Source of the DNA: a virus
Taxonomy: Duplodnaviria > Caudoviricetes
Virus record (IMG/VR): IMGVR_UViG_3300027996_000034
Span: 1 to 60,501 of that record
Reading direction: 5' to 3' (one strand)
Length of the DNA: 60,501 bases
A program made the translations under genes and the position numbers. Shown piece after piece: positions 1 to 9,107 of the stretch; the stretch's first letter is position 1; each line of letters begins with the position of its first letter. A model generated the notes under the pieces. That model ran no database searches. It worked only from the letters and a program-made list of their open reading frames with translations, and was not told where the DNA came from.

Positions 1-662
1 ATTTCTTGTTGGTTTATTTCGAATATTTGAGGTTCATCTGTAACATCGTTTGCTATCCAGATTTCTGCAGCTTCTGGCATTTCACCATACACATCATAAT
101 ATGCAACTGCATAAGCAGCACCTTGCATTTTATAGTTGTCTATCCATTTTTCTGGTTTAGGTTTTCTGCTAGATTTGTAATCAACAATCTTTAATTTTCC
201 ATCGATTTTAGCAGCTTTATCAAGAGTTCCTGCGTAACCTCCACCACGTCCAGACCATACTGCTTCTTCTTGTAAAAGTAATTTTTCAACTCGATCAAAA
301 GATCCGGTATTTAAGAATTTCATGAAAAGATTTTTTCCATTTTCTTTGTTTTCTGGTTCAATCTCTGCCATTTCTGGTTTGGCTAAGACATCTTCGAAGG
401 TTTTCTTTAATATACCATTAGTGGATTTTTCATTCATTAAAAGGTACATATACCGTTCATTGAGTTCATGCATAAATGTACCACGTTTAGCAGCATTATG
501 AGATATTTTATTGGCTTCTTCTTCGCCAACTCGTTTTTTCCATTTTTCAATTCCAGACTTATCGGTCATTTCACCTAAGATTGTTGTTACACTAGGGAGT
601 TGAATGTGTTTGTTTACGACATAGTATCTACCATGTCCGTGAGGTCCTGTTGTTCTTTTCAT
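1..662 (-). CDS. PD-(D/E)XK (Cas4-like) phage exonuclease, 3' end runs off the window
   Basis: Not in the ORF track. Translated by hand from the ATG at 662, which overlaps the upstream stop (TAATG): MKRTTGPHGHGRYY..LPSVTTIL..RGTFMHE..GYAGTLDKAAKIDGKLKIVDYKSS..YKMQGAAYA, typical motifs of this family. Confidence 0.85.
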   Translation of the reverse strand, partial: MKRTTGPHGHGRYYVVNKHIQLPSVTTILGEMTDKSGIEKWKKRVGEEEANKISHNAAKRGTFMHELNERYMYLLMNEKSTNGILKKTFEDVLAKPEMAEIEPENKENGKNLFMKFLNTGSFDRVEKLLLQEEAVWSGRGGGYAGTLDKAAKIDGKLKIVDYKSSRKPKPEKWIDNYKMQGAAYAVAYYDVYGEMPEAAEIWIANDVTDEPQIFEINQQE

Positions 663-1189
663 TAATTAAATAGTTGAGAGATCCAACCAAATATACTATG
701 GCCGGATATGTTAGTAATAAATGCGTTGATAGCTAAAATTATAGTTGTCCATAAAAACATTTTAAATAGCCAAGTAAGACCTTTAATGATAGAATAACTT
801 TCTTTATCAGTTTCTAACGTTAATAGATATGCAAACGATTCTGGAATGTCAGTGATGATGTTATATTCTGGGTAAAGTATTTCACTTACACCTAGTTTAA
901 GTGTGGTAGCTTCAATTTTACGTAGTTCATCAATTAGAAAAGTTTCCCTTGCTTGTTCATGTTGTTTATCATATAATTCTGTTGGTATATTGATAACGGT
1001 ATATAGTCTATATTTTTTATCGAATCTAATTTCAGGTTTATGTTTCTTGAACATTGCTTGAACTCCAGATTCTTGACACATTTTTTTAATGATGTAATGA
1101 TTTTTAAAATCTTCACGTACATCGCTAGGCCAATCAAACGGCTTGAATAACCATTTAAATGCATCTACTAGCATATTATCCTTTTTCAT
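662..1189 (-). CDS. Hypothetical protein with C-terminal membrane anchor
   Basis: 175 aa ORF with a hydrophobic C-terminal segment, coupled to the next gene. Confidence 0.7.
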   Translation of the reverse strand: MKKDNMLVDAFKWLFKPFDWPSDVREDFKNHYIIKKMCQESGVQAMFKKHKPEIRFDKKYRLYTVINIPTELYDKQHEQARETFLIDELRKIEATTLKLGVSEILYPEYNIITDIPESFAYLLTLETDKESYSIIKGLTWLFKMFLWTTIILAINAFITNISGHSIFGWISQLFN

Positions 1190-1304
1190 ATTTATTGAGT
1201 TTATTTTGTTTTGCTATTAAATATCGTACATACAGATCAAGATTAAAATGATCCCAATGTTCTTTCCAATCTGCTATATTCGTTCCAAATATTGTTTGTT
1301 TCAT
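1176..1304 (-). CDS. Small hypothetical protein (42 aa)
   Basis: Hand-translated MKQTIFGTNIADWKEHWDHFNLDLYVRYLIAKQNKLNKYEKG; fills the gap between the sigma gene and the 175 aa gene. Confidence 0.45.
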   Translation of the reverse strand: MKQTIFGTNIADWKEHWDHFNLDLYVRYLIAKQNKLNKYEKG

Positions 1305-1317
1305 TATATTTATTTGA

Positions 1318-1929
1318 TTAGTTTTGTAATTCCTTTAGGTGAGATTGAAGAGTTCGTTTACCACGAGCAATTCGATTTTTGATTGTGTGTAAAGGTAATT
1401 TATGTTTCTTAGAAATATCACCATATTTCATTTCTCGAACTAATCGATCTTTTACTATTTCTTTGTATAATGGATCGAGCATTTCGATGGTATCTAATAT
1501 AACTTGATGTTTCGCTTGCATCTCATATTCACGTTCTTGGAGTGTTTGAAAATCTTCCTCTGATGGTTCATTTTCAATAGTATTGTACATTATTTTATCG
1601 GTCATACGATCATTATCGTAATAAGAATCGAAAACAGAAAAATTGGTAGTTGCCGCACGTTTTTTTCTTCTTAAAAACATGATTGCTTCATGGTAACCTA
1701 TTCGATATATCCATGTTGATATATGATATTCAGGATTGAACTGATGTATTTTATTGTAAACGATCGCCATAGTCATTGAGAATAAATCCTCAGCAGCATC
1801 ACGATCTCGTGTTATTTTATTGATGTAATTGAGTAGTCCAGGTTTGATTCGATTATAAAGTTCGTTAAATGATTTTTCTGATTTTGTGGAAGAAAAATCT
1901 TCGCCTAAGGTTTTCAATGAATTTGCCAT
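1318..1929 (-). CDS. ECF-type sigma-70 family RNA polymerase sigma factor
   Basis: Region 2 (FNELYNR..DRDAAEDL..KIHQFNPEYHISTWIYRI) and region 4 HTH (MKYGDISKKHKLPLHTIKNRIARGK). Confidence 0.9.
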   Translation of the reverse strand: MANSLKTLGEDFSSTKSEKSFNELYNRIKPGLLNYINKITRDRDAAEDLFSMTMAIVYNKIHQFNPEYHISTWIYRIGYHEAIMFLRRKKRAATTNFSVFDSYYDNDRMTDKIMYNTIENEPSEEDFQTLQEREYEMQAKHQVILDTIEMLDPLYKEIVKDRLVREMKYGDISKKHKLPLHTIKNRIARGKRTLQSHLKELQN

Positions 1930-1973
1930 AATTTGCTTTTTTGTCTTTTGATGTTATTATTAATTAATTATAT

Positions 1974-2033
1974 TTAAATATAATACTTTTTTGTGGTAAA
2001 TAAAAATTTTTTATGTTAACAAATTGTTAACTT
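1974..2033 (-). promoter_or_regulatory. Putative early promoter with GTTAAC-N5-GTTAAC element (copy 1)
   Basis: 53/60 nt identical to 22704..22763; directly upstream of the ECF sigma gene. Confidence 0.7.
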
Positions 2034-2547
2034 ATTCGGTTTTTTCGTGTATTAGTTCATTTACTTCTTTAAGTGATTTTAGTGATACTGGCCCGAGTGA
2101 CCATAAATCGCAATTAACATTGAACCGCAATTCGTTATGTAATTCTGCTTTATATTCTTTATCACATCCATGTATAAGCATAGTTCCTTTATCTTTTCCT
2201 GGCCAATTCACCATAGGGTAATGTGATAAGACTACATTATGTCCAGTTAACTCAAAATAACCTTTATGTGTTGGTATTCCGTGGATATGAAATACATCTT
2301 TTTGACACTCATCAGTAGGTGCCATGATGATATTAATGATTCCATTTAATTTAATTAAAACCGATTCTGTTGATAACGCATCCCAACCAAAACCTCCAAG
2401 ATGCCATACAATATCATCCGGTTTTATAATTGAATTCCAATTATCTATTAATTGCTGGTTATATTTTTCTGGTTCTATTAATCGTTTCTTTGCCGATGTA
2501 AATCTACCAAAATATGTATCTGAAATTAAGTATATCATCTTTTCCAT
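2032..2547 (-). CDS. Calcineurin-like metallophosphoesterase homolog with degenerate metal ligands
   Basis: LISDTYFG..LIDNWNSIIKPDDIVWHLGGF..LNG..LSHYPMVNW..IHG scaffold; the DxH, GD, GNHD and GHxH motifs are altered. Confidence 0.75.
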   Translation of the reverse strand: MEKMIYLISDTYFGRFTSAKKRLIEPEKYNQQLIDNWNSIIKPDDIVWHLGGFGWDALSTESVLIKLNGIINIIMAPTDECQKDVFHIHGIPTHKGYFELTGHNVVLSHYPMVNWPGKDKGTMLIHGCDKEYKAELHNELRFNVNCDLWSLGPVSLKSLKEVNELIHEKTE

Positions 2548-2840
2548 CGTTGTCCCTTTTTATATTCTGCTGGATGTAATCTACATGAATCTGCATGAAA
2601 ACATCGTGTAGTTCCATCGTTAGTTATTAAAGTGCATGTTCGTTGTGGATATCCTGGAGTACCAGGTTCGTGGATTTGTTTAAGATAGAATTTTTTAGTT
2701 ACCTTAAATCCAGCAACCATAACTCGTTTTCCCACATGAATATCAGATAACAAAGAAGATTCTTTGATATTATCATATTCATAATAAGTAAAACCACTTT
2801 GTGATTTCACTTCAACTGTTGTAAAATGTTCCTTCGCCAT
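2535..2840 (-). CDS. Hypothetical protein
   Basis: 101 aa ORF directly downstream of a TGAAAC-N16-CATATAAT motif. Confidence 0.7.
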   Translation of the reverse strand: MAKEHFTTVEVKSQSGFTYYEYDNIKESSLLSDIHVGKRVMVAGFKVTKKFYLKQIHEPGTPGYPQRTCTLITNDGTTRCFHADSCRLHPAEYKKGQRWKR

Positions 2841-2872
2841 TAAATAGACCTTAACTTATTAATTAATTATTT

Positions 2873-2902
2873 ATTATATGCTTTTTGTTATAAAAAGTTT
2901 CA
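2873..2902 (-). promoter_or_regulatory. Putative middle promoter TGAAAC-N16-CATATAAT
   Basis: One of 8 sites with identical spacing. Confidence 0.75.
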
Positions 2903-2914
2903 ATAAATAATATT

Positions 2915-5900
2915 TTAAATTCCTCCTCCTTGTACTCTAACTGTCAATACAGTATTTTGCAATGCTTGTGTAATTTTTTTCGCCATATCTCCTCCGGCAG
3001 GAGCTGCAGCAGCTGGAGCAACACCAGCAGCAGCAGGTTTAGCACCAGGTTTAGCTGCAGCGGTTGGATCTTGGCCTGGTAATCCGGCTGGTGATTCGCC
3101 ACCACCAGCACCTTGCTCTAATAACTCTGCTAAATATTCGGCTAATAATTCAAAACCTTCTTTCATTCCTTCACCAATAGATTCACCTAATTTATCTAGG
3201 CCGACATCTGTACTTCCTAATGTTGCAAGTGCACACATTAATGAATTCAATATTTTAAGTCTTTCAATATCTATGCCGTTAATTTGTTCTTTTAATCGTA
3301 CTGTACTCGTTGATATTGATTTAGCGCCTTTCCATGCATTAGGTTTTGACATTGAATCAACTAACCATCTAGCTTGATTAGCTTTCTTTCCATTAATTTT
3401 GTTTATACTAGCAACCCATTTAGTAGATGCAAAGGCCATTTGTTCAAATCCTTTACCTGCTCGAACAAGGCCATCTGCATTTTGAGCAATAACTTTCATA
3501 TTTTGAGTGAACATATTGAAATACATTGCAGAGCTTGAAGCGTTTGGTGCATTCTCTGGAGAAAATATGTTATAAACTCCGGTAAAAATCGTGTTCATTT
3601 TAGCAACATAATCGGTTGCAACTTCCATAGTAATCTTTTCCATTTTCTTAATAGCTCCTTGGACTTTACTAACAACATCGGTTACAATAGTATTAGCTTC
3701 AACCGCATACTCTAATGCCCATATTTTGCCTGAAAAGTCTTTACCAAACCAGTAAACCTCCCAACCCATTAATGATATAACCTCGCCTAATGCTGTTGCA
3801 GCTGCTTTAAGTTCAGTTTTACCTAGTCTAACACTCGGTCCAATAGCAACGATATTTCCATCTTTATCTGGGCCCATTGGTGTGAATGATGCGGTTGCAA
3901 AACCTAGAACTGCATCTGCAATTGCTCCAATATTTAATCCAACATTACCTAATGCTTCCTTTCCTGCAGTTACATATCCATCAGAAAACCACCCAGATGA
4001 TTCTTTATCTGCTTTACCGACTGCTGCAACCGCTTCAACAACAATTCCTAATACAAGCTTCAATGAATTAGCTGCAGCTTCTAGATCGGCATTCGTTAAT
4101 TTTATTGGTTTTCCTGGTACTAACTTAGCATCTTTGGTTCCTGCATTAATAAGTTCCATTGGAAATATTGTTAAATCCGCATATCCTTTAACCGTATCGG
4201 CAATTGCTTTAATATTATCTCCAACTCCGGCTAGTGCTTGAGCACCTTTAGAGACAAATCCACCAGAAAACCATCCAGAAGAATTAGCTTCAGTTCTACC
4301 AACCTCTGCAAGAGCTTCCGCTACTACTCCTATAACTAAAGATATATTGTCACTTGCAAGTTGAATATCAGTTGTGGTCATTGTCTTCCGTTCAATAACC
4401 TCGAGTTTAGTGTTTTCATTTCCTTGTTCATCAGTACTTGTAACAAGACCATAAACAGGAATAGTAAGATTTGCAAATGATTGTACACCTTCAGCTAATC
4501 CAACGATAGTATCTCCAGCATTTCTTAGTGCACTAACACCTTTAGATACAAAGTTTCCTGCAAATATAGCATCTAATATTGGATTTCCTGAGCTTGCACC
4601 CTTTTCTAATTTACCAACCGCTGCGAGAGGTTCAGCGATTGCTCCGATAACAGTGGCCATTCCATATGCAGCTTTATCAAAGTCTGAATTCGACATTTGT
4701 CGTTTTTCAACAATTTGTAGAGAACCACCAGAACCATCTTCAGCATCGACCCAACCATAGATAGGTACAGTTAAATTTGCAAATGCTTGGATTCCTTCAG
4801 CTAAACTTGCCATAGTTGATCCAGCATCTTTTAGCGCCCATATACCCATCATTAACATAAATGGATTTGTGTATATACCTAATTCTTTTTGTCTTGCATA
4901 ATCTCCAGGCAATGAGAACGCACTTATTATCGCTGCCATTACTCCTTCCATATTAACAGAATCTGCAGGTGTCCACTTAGCCTCCTTGAACATTTTTAAA
5001 GATTTTGCGATTGGAATTAATGCAAGTCCTGCAAGTATAAATGGTGGTACTGTAATAAACATTAAAACTGCTCTTGCTGCAGCTTTTGCTGCAAATTTGA
5101 TCATCGCAAATATACCTCCAGGCATTCGTCCTCCTAAGAATCCAGCAACAACCGAATCTAATGCACCTTCAAGTGCTGAGCCATCTTCAGATTTCCAACC
5201 AATTGTTTTGAAAACCGCTAATGAACCAGTAATAAGAATTAATGGTATAGCAGCAAATGCCATAGCTGCAGCTCCAGCAAATATAAATGGAGATGCAAAC
5301 CCAAGAAGTGCCATTTCAACACCAATCATTGCAACCGTTGCACCTAATATTCCAACATCCTCCCATCCAACTTTTGAGCTCATCCATACAAACATTGCTG
5401 CAGCAATTAACAATATCGCAGCTCCTGCAACTATCATAGCTGCGGCTCCAGCCATAATGAATCCAGGTATAGGACCTAATCCAGCAAGTAAACCGATAAG
5501 TCCAACAACTACAACCGTTGCTGCAAGTTTTGCAATATCTTCCCAGTCTGGATTAGCCGATTTCCACATCATCATAGATATAGCGATTAGTAATATTGGG
5601 ACCGCTGCGATAATCATAGCTATGGAACCTTTTTCAATATTAACAGCTTGTTTACCAACTATCCACATTATTAAACCTAGGCCAGCAAGTGTTACTGCTA
5701 CTTTAAGTAATGCTTCCCAAGTAACCATTTTATCAAAGAATGATATAACTAATGCGAATATTAAAATAGCTAATCCTAGTATAACAAGACTCATAACACC
5801 CCTTCTAGCCTTTTTAGATGAAATTAATCTAAGTCCTAAGTTAATGATAACTAAAGTTAATGCAAATATTAATGCACCAAGTAAAAGAACCGGAAATAAT

Positions 5901-6646
5901 AACACTACCACTATCATTGCAAGAGCAAACAATAATATACCTTTTGCTAAATCTAATATAGATCCGATACCTTTGGCCGTTTCTTTAGCATTTTTACCAG
6001 ATGCACCCATAACCCATAATAACAATCTTATAGTTAGTCCAAATAATATGGCTCCGATGATTACAATCGGTGCAACTAGTACGTAAAGAATCATTGCCAG
6101 TGCAAATAATAAAATACCTTTTCCTAATCCTAATATTGCTTCTAATCCTTTTGTACTTTCTTTATCAGCTTTTCCTGCAGAACCCATTGCCCATAACAAT
6201 ACTCGTATAGTTAGTCCAAATAAGGCAGCCCCTATTGGCGCTAACAATAAAAATGGTATAGCTATAACCATTTGTATAGCAAATGATAACGTATATTTTC
6301 CTAAAGCCTGTAGTAACAATGCAAAACTAGTGACTTGCTTTTCATCAGTTTTTTCAAAAAATTGTGCTATCGTTTCTCCGATCTTACCTATGAATTTACC
6401 GAACCTTTCACCAGTTTTAGCACTGACTTTGTCCATAGCCTTAACCATAGTAGTTAAACCTTTGGCCATTTCACCGAAGAATTTTGCAAAGGATTCATAT
6501 TCCTTTTCGCTTACAACTCCAGTTTTTGCCATACCTTCTAAATTGGTATTAAGCTTTTGTGCTGATTTTTCCGATGCATCTAACTTCGCGTCAATAGACT
6601 CTAAGACATTTAATATAGCATTATTAATATTCTTTGGCTGAGCCAT
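2915..6646 (-). CDS. Tape-measure-like protein
   Basis: 1243 aa, Ala/Gly-rich and helical, with internal repeats (LFGLTIR.LLW.MG x2; LAEG.Q.FANLT.P.YG x2; SSGWFS x2) and long hydrophobic stretches; lies downstream of tube and chaperone-like genes. Confidence 0.75.
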   Translation of the reverse strand: MAQPKNINNAILNVLESIDAKLDASEKSAQKLNTNLEGMAKTGVVSEKEYESFAKFFGEMAKGLTTMVKAMDKVSAKTGERFGKFIGKIGETIAQFFEKTDEKQVTSFALLLQALGKYTLSFAIQMVIAIPFLLLAPIGAALFGLTIRVLLWAMGSAGKADKESTKGLEAILGLGKGILLFALAMILYVLVAPIVIIGAILFGLTIRLLLWVMGASGKNAKETAKGIGSILDLAKGILLFALAMIVVVLLFPVLLLGALIFALTLVIINLGLRLISSKKARRGVMSLVILGLAILIFALVISFFDKMVTWEALLKVAVTLAGLGLIMWIVGKQAVNIEKGSIAMIIAAVPILLIAISMMMWKSANPDWEDIAKLAATVVVVGLIGLLAGLGPIPGFIMAGAAAMIVAGAAILLIAAAMFVWMSSKVGWEDVGILGATVAMIGVEMALLGFASPFIFAGAAAMAFAAIPLILITGSLAVFKTIGWKSEDGSALEGALDSVVAGFLGGRMPGGIFAMIKFAAKAAARAVLMFITVPPFILAGLALIPIAKSLKMFKEAKWTPADSVNMEGVMAAIISAFSLPGDYARQKELGIYTNPFMLMMGIWALKDAGSTMASLAEGIQAFANLTVPIYGWVDAEDGSGGSLQIVEKRQMSNSDFDKAAYGMATVIGAIAEPLAAVGKLEKGASSGNPILDAIFAGNFVSKGVSALRNAGDTIVGLAEGVQSFANLTIPVYGLVTSTDEQGNENTKLEVIERKTMTTTDIQLASDNISLVIGVVAEALAEVGRTEANSSGWFSGGFVSKGAQALAGVGDNIKAIADTVKGYADLTIFPMELINAGTKDAKLVPGKPIKLTNADLEAAANSLKLVLGIVVEAVAAVGKADKESSGWFSDGYVTAGKEALGNVGLNIGAIADAVLGFATASFTPMGPDKDGNIVAIGPSVRLGKTELKAAATALGEVISLMGWEVYWFGKDFSGKIWALEYAVEANTIVTDVVSKVQGAIKKMEKITMEVATDYVAKMNTIFTGVYNIFSPENAPNASSSAMYFNMFTQNMKVIAQNADGLVRAGKGFEQMAFASTKWVASINKINGKKANQARWLVDSMSKPNAWKGAKSISTSTVRLKEQINGIDIERLKILNSLMCALATLGSTDVGLDKLGESIGEGMKEGFELLAEYLAELLEQGAGGGESPAGLPGQDPTAAAKPGAKPAAAGVAPAAAAPAGGDMAKKITQALQNTVLTVRVQGGGI

Positions 6647-6654
6647 TCATTATT

Positions 6655-6960
6655 CTATATTTTTAACCCAGAAGGCATTGAAGGAAAACTCGGCATTGAT
6701 CCGCCGCTATAACCACCCATATTAGGCATTTTAGGCATCATTCCTTTAGCTTTAGACATCGCTCCAGCTTGTTGTTCTTTAGCGGATTCTCCGTCACCCT
6801 CTTCAGCTTCTTTCTTTTTCTCTAATATATCTATTAGATTCTCTAGTATATATTCAAACTCATAGTATGGCATTTCCATCACTTCACTCGGTTGCAAACG
6901 CAAGTGGTATAAAAGTTGAGTTTGTACCTTAAAGAAGTTCTTCAGAGAGATCTGAAACAA
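6655..6960 (-). CDS. gp51-like baseplate hub/tail assembly chaperone; start uncertain (TTG near 6960 or frameshift from the upstream gene)
   Basis: SLKNFFKVQTQLLYHLRLQPSEVMEMPYYEFEYILENL resembles gp51-type proteins; no ATG precedes the conserved part. Confidence 0.6.
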   Translation of the reverse strand: MFQISLKNFFKVQTQLLYHLRLQPSEVMEMPYYEFEYILENLIDILEKKKEAEEGDGESAKEQQAGAMSKAKGMMPKMPNMGGYSGGSMPSFPSMPSGLKI

Positions 6961-7948
6961 CGAAAAGAGATTTGACTCCTCCGGGAAACATAATGGCGCT
7001 GTGTACCTCCCCACCACAGCTTGTACATGTATCGTGACATTCTGCGTCAACACCTACTCTAATCATATCAACTACATTAAAAAATGTAGAATATTTTGTA
7101 GCGTCCCAACTCATAAAATCTACTTGTATATCTTTTATTTTATCCTTTTTAAATCCTCTCCAATCATCAGTAATAAATGGCAAACATTTTACAAAACCTT
7201 TATCTATCCGTTTTCGTTGACCTTCAGTTTGTGTATTGTCTTTTATCCAATCTGTTATAATTCTCATTACCCCGATAGTCGGTGGTTTTAAACGTAATGT
7301 TCCTGAACTTTTTGTTTTTACATTGAATACCTTTTCATCATAGTCAAAATATTTCATTATATCATCTTTGACTTTTGCTGGTCTTAAATTATTATTAGTG
7401 AAAGCCATTTTTCCTTCATGGCCACAATCATCACATTCATAAGGAATTTCCATTTTATTTTCACCTTCTTTGAACGTTAATTCTCTAACAGCTAATACAA
7501 CGAATATTCTATCCTCTTCTAAAATATCTTTAAAGTTCGATATCTTTCCTTTGATATTTACATTGACACATGAGCTCATTATATGATTCATTCCTTCATC
7601 TATTGAAAATGGATCATCATCACTTACAACTGAAAATTGTCTAATTTCTTTTACGGTTGCAGCACGGATTTGCACCTTCACATCTTCTGGATAAAATATC
7701 CCACCTGACGGGAAGTTTGATACAGGAAGATTATGCCATCCCATTTTAAATTCAGCACCAGAATCTTGGTTTTTATTTTGCCAATCTGAACTTTTACCAA
7801 GTGATTTATGTACTACTTCTTTACTTAAATCTTCATCTTGTTTAGCTCTATCAGCTGCGGTTTTATCAAATAAACCTGATTCATTTTCCCTTTTTTCTAG
7901 ATCACGCTTTGCAGCGTCTTCAAAATTTTGTTCGTCGTTGTTGCTCAT
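6929..7948 (-). CDS. gp26-like baseplate hub assembly protein / tail chaperone
   Basis: FPSGGIFYP..IRAATVKE motif, two CxxC pairs, position between tube and tape measure. Confidence 0.7.
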   Translation of the reverse strand: MSNNDEQNFEDAAKRDLEKRENESGLFDKTAADRAKQDEDLSKEVVHKSLGKSSDWQNKNQDSGAEFKMGWHNLPVSNFPSGGIFYPEDVKVQIRAATVKEIRQFSVVSDDDPFSIDEGMNHIMSSCVNVNIKGKISNFKDILEEDRIFVVLAVRELTFKEGENKMEIPYECDDCGHEGKMAFTNNNLRPAKVKDDIMKYFDYDEKVFNVKTKSSGTLRLKPPTIGVMRIITDWIKDNTQTEGQRKRIDKGFVKCLPFITDDWRGFKKDKIKDIQVDFMSWDATKYSTFFNVVDMIRVGVDAECHDTCTSCGGEVHSAIMFPGGVKSLFVVSDLSEELL

Positions 7949-8190
7949 GTTATTATATTTTTTGAGTTAGTCATTTTTTTATGTTCTTCTAAAATCTTTT
8001 GTACTTGTTTGTTTACAAAAGAAGTTTGTATTCCTTCATATTGAGTGATGTGGTGTAAAATTAAATCTCGTACATAACTAGATGTTGCAATCAACTTTCC
8101 TTCATGCATAGATACCGAGGTTATTATTCTATTTAATTTTAATTCATCATCACTATCAAGAAGAACTTGAATCTTCCTGTCTTTTGCCAT
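7945..8190 (-). CDS. Small putative ribbon-helix-helix DNA-binding protein
   Basis: N-terminal alternating strand RKIQVLL followed by helices with SSYVRDLI. Confidence 0.5.
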   Translation of the reverse strand: MAKDRKIQVLLDSDDELKLNRIITSVSMHEGKLIATSSYVRDLILHHITQYEGIQTSFVNKQVQKILEEHKKMTNSKNIIT

Positions 8191-8264
8191 AGTGTTGTTT
8201 TTTTTTGATTATCATATTACTTGATTATTATAATATATATCATCATTGTCAAGGCTTTTTTCTA

Positions 8265-8323
8265 TGTATTATATATGATTCAAAGGTATCCTATTTTTGA
8301 CTTAATGAATCATATATAATACA
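8265..8323. repeat. Perfect 18-bp inverted repeat with 23-nt spacer
   Basis: TGTATTATATATGATTCA (8265-8282) / TGAATCATATATAATACA (8306-8323). Confidence 0.9.
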
Positions 8324-8388
8324 CACCAAAGATATTTAAGTTCACTAGCCACCAACTCTTAAATCAAAAAATGTCATTCTATACAAAC

Positions 8389-8420
8389 AACAAATGATAC
8401 CCATAAGGATATCATTCGTT
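8389..8420 (-). terminator. Putative intrinsic terminator after the tail tube gene
   Basis: Minus-strand hairpin AACGAATGATATCC-TTAT-GGGTATCATTTGTT followed by U-rich sequence. Confidence 0.55.
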
Positions 8421-8470
8421 CTGAATATTAAGAGGAAAAAGTATTCATTAAGCGGATAAGCAAAATAAGC

Positions 8471-9028
8471 TTATACCATATCTTCGCTCCACCAATCTGA
8501 TCGCCATACCATTGACAATTCAGCTGGATCGCCGCTTTCGTAAGCAAGTTCAGCTGCAGCAGCCAGTTCAGCGCCATTAGGTATACAACCATAAAAGGTT
8601 CTTTGCCAAAAGATATCGCCAGCTCTATTATAGTTTGAAACAACTATTGTTCCAACGTAATCCTTTTTCAATCCTTGTTCTCCAGTTAAAGGATTCCAGA
8701 TTAATCTGTTCCAATCTCTTAAAGTTTTGTAAATATATAATTCATTCGCATCGTTAAGATTCAATGTAAAATCAATTGTTAAATCTACTACTGTAGAATC
8801 TGGCATTGATTTTGCAAAAGATCTCGTTGCAAATTTATATTTTTGTTCAACGATACCTTCCATCTTTTCGTTATTTAGTCCACCGATCTTCTTAACGTGC
8901 TCTAGTAGCATTTCGCCACCAGCGATAGTAGAAGGAGGTAAAATACTAACCTCGAACAAGTTTGCATAAAACGGTTCGTAATACTTAGTGGAGGCTATTG
9001 AATTTGTAAAGTGTGGTAATCCAGCCAT
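8471..9028 (-). CDS. gp19: Tail tube protein
   Basis: 185 aa, follows the sheath; LRDWNRLIWNPLTGEQGLKKDY..YNRAGD..FYGCIP pattern of T4-like tubes. Confidence 0.85.
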   Translation of the reverse strand: MAGLPHFTNSIASTKYYEPFYANLFEVSILPPSTIAGGEMLLEHVKKIGGLNNEKMEGIVEQKYKFATRSFAKSMPDSTVVDLTIDFTLNLNDANELYIYKTLRDWNRLIWNPLTGEQGLKKDYVGTIVVSNYNRAGDIFWQRTFYGCIPNGAELAAAAELAYESGDPAELSMVWRSDWWSEDMV

Positions 9029-9051
9029 AATGTTCTCTTTTTTTGTTTATT

Positions 9052-9060
9052 TTATATATC
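9052..9060 (-). promoter_or_regulatory. Putative late promoter GATATATAA
   Basis: Same or near-identical motif precedes many virion genes (12541, 17832, 27425, 31018, 32650, 35793, 39816, 57343, 59545). Confidence 0.7.
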
Positions 9061-9071
9061 CATTTGCTTAA

Positions 9072-9097
9072 GGACTCTCTGGAGAACCAGAGAGTCT
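9072..9097 (-). terminator. Stem-loop between sheath and tube genes
   Basis: GACTCTCTGG-TTCT-CCAGAGAGTC 10-bp stem with weak U tract; may be a terminator or a processing/stability hairpin. Confidence 0.5.
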
Positions 9098-9107
9098 TTT
9101 AGTTTTA

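Noticed and set aside
1-662. Cas4-like nuclease as evidence for a CRISPR-Cas system
   Set aside because: Stand-alone PD-(D/E)XK exonucleases are common in T4-like phages; no array or other cas genes are visible
4986-6086. 366 aa plus-strand ORF
   Set aside because: Antisense shadow of the hydrophobic tape-measure-like gene; its I/A/N/P-rich composition is what reverse-complemented Ala/Gly/Ile/Leu codons give
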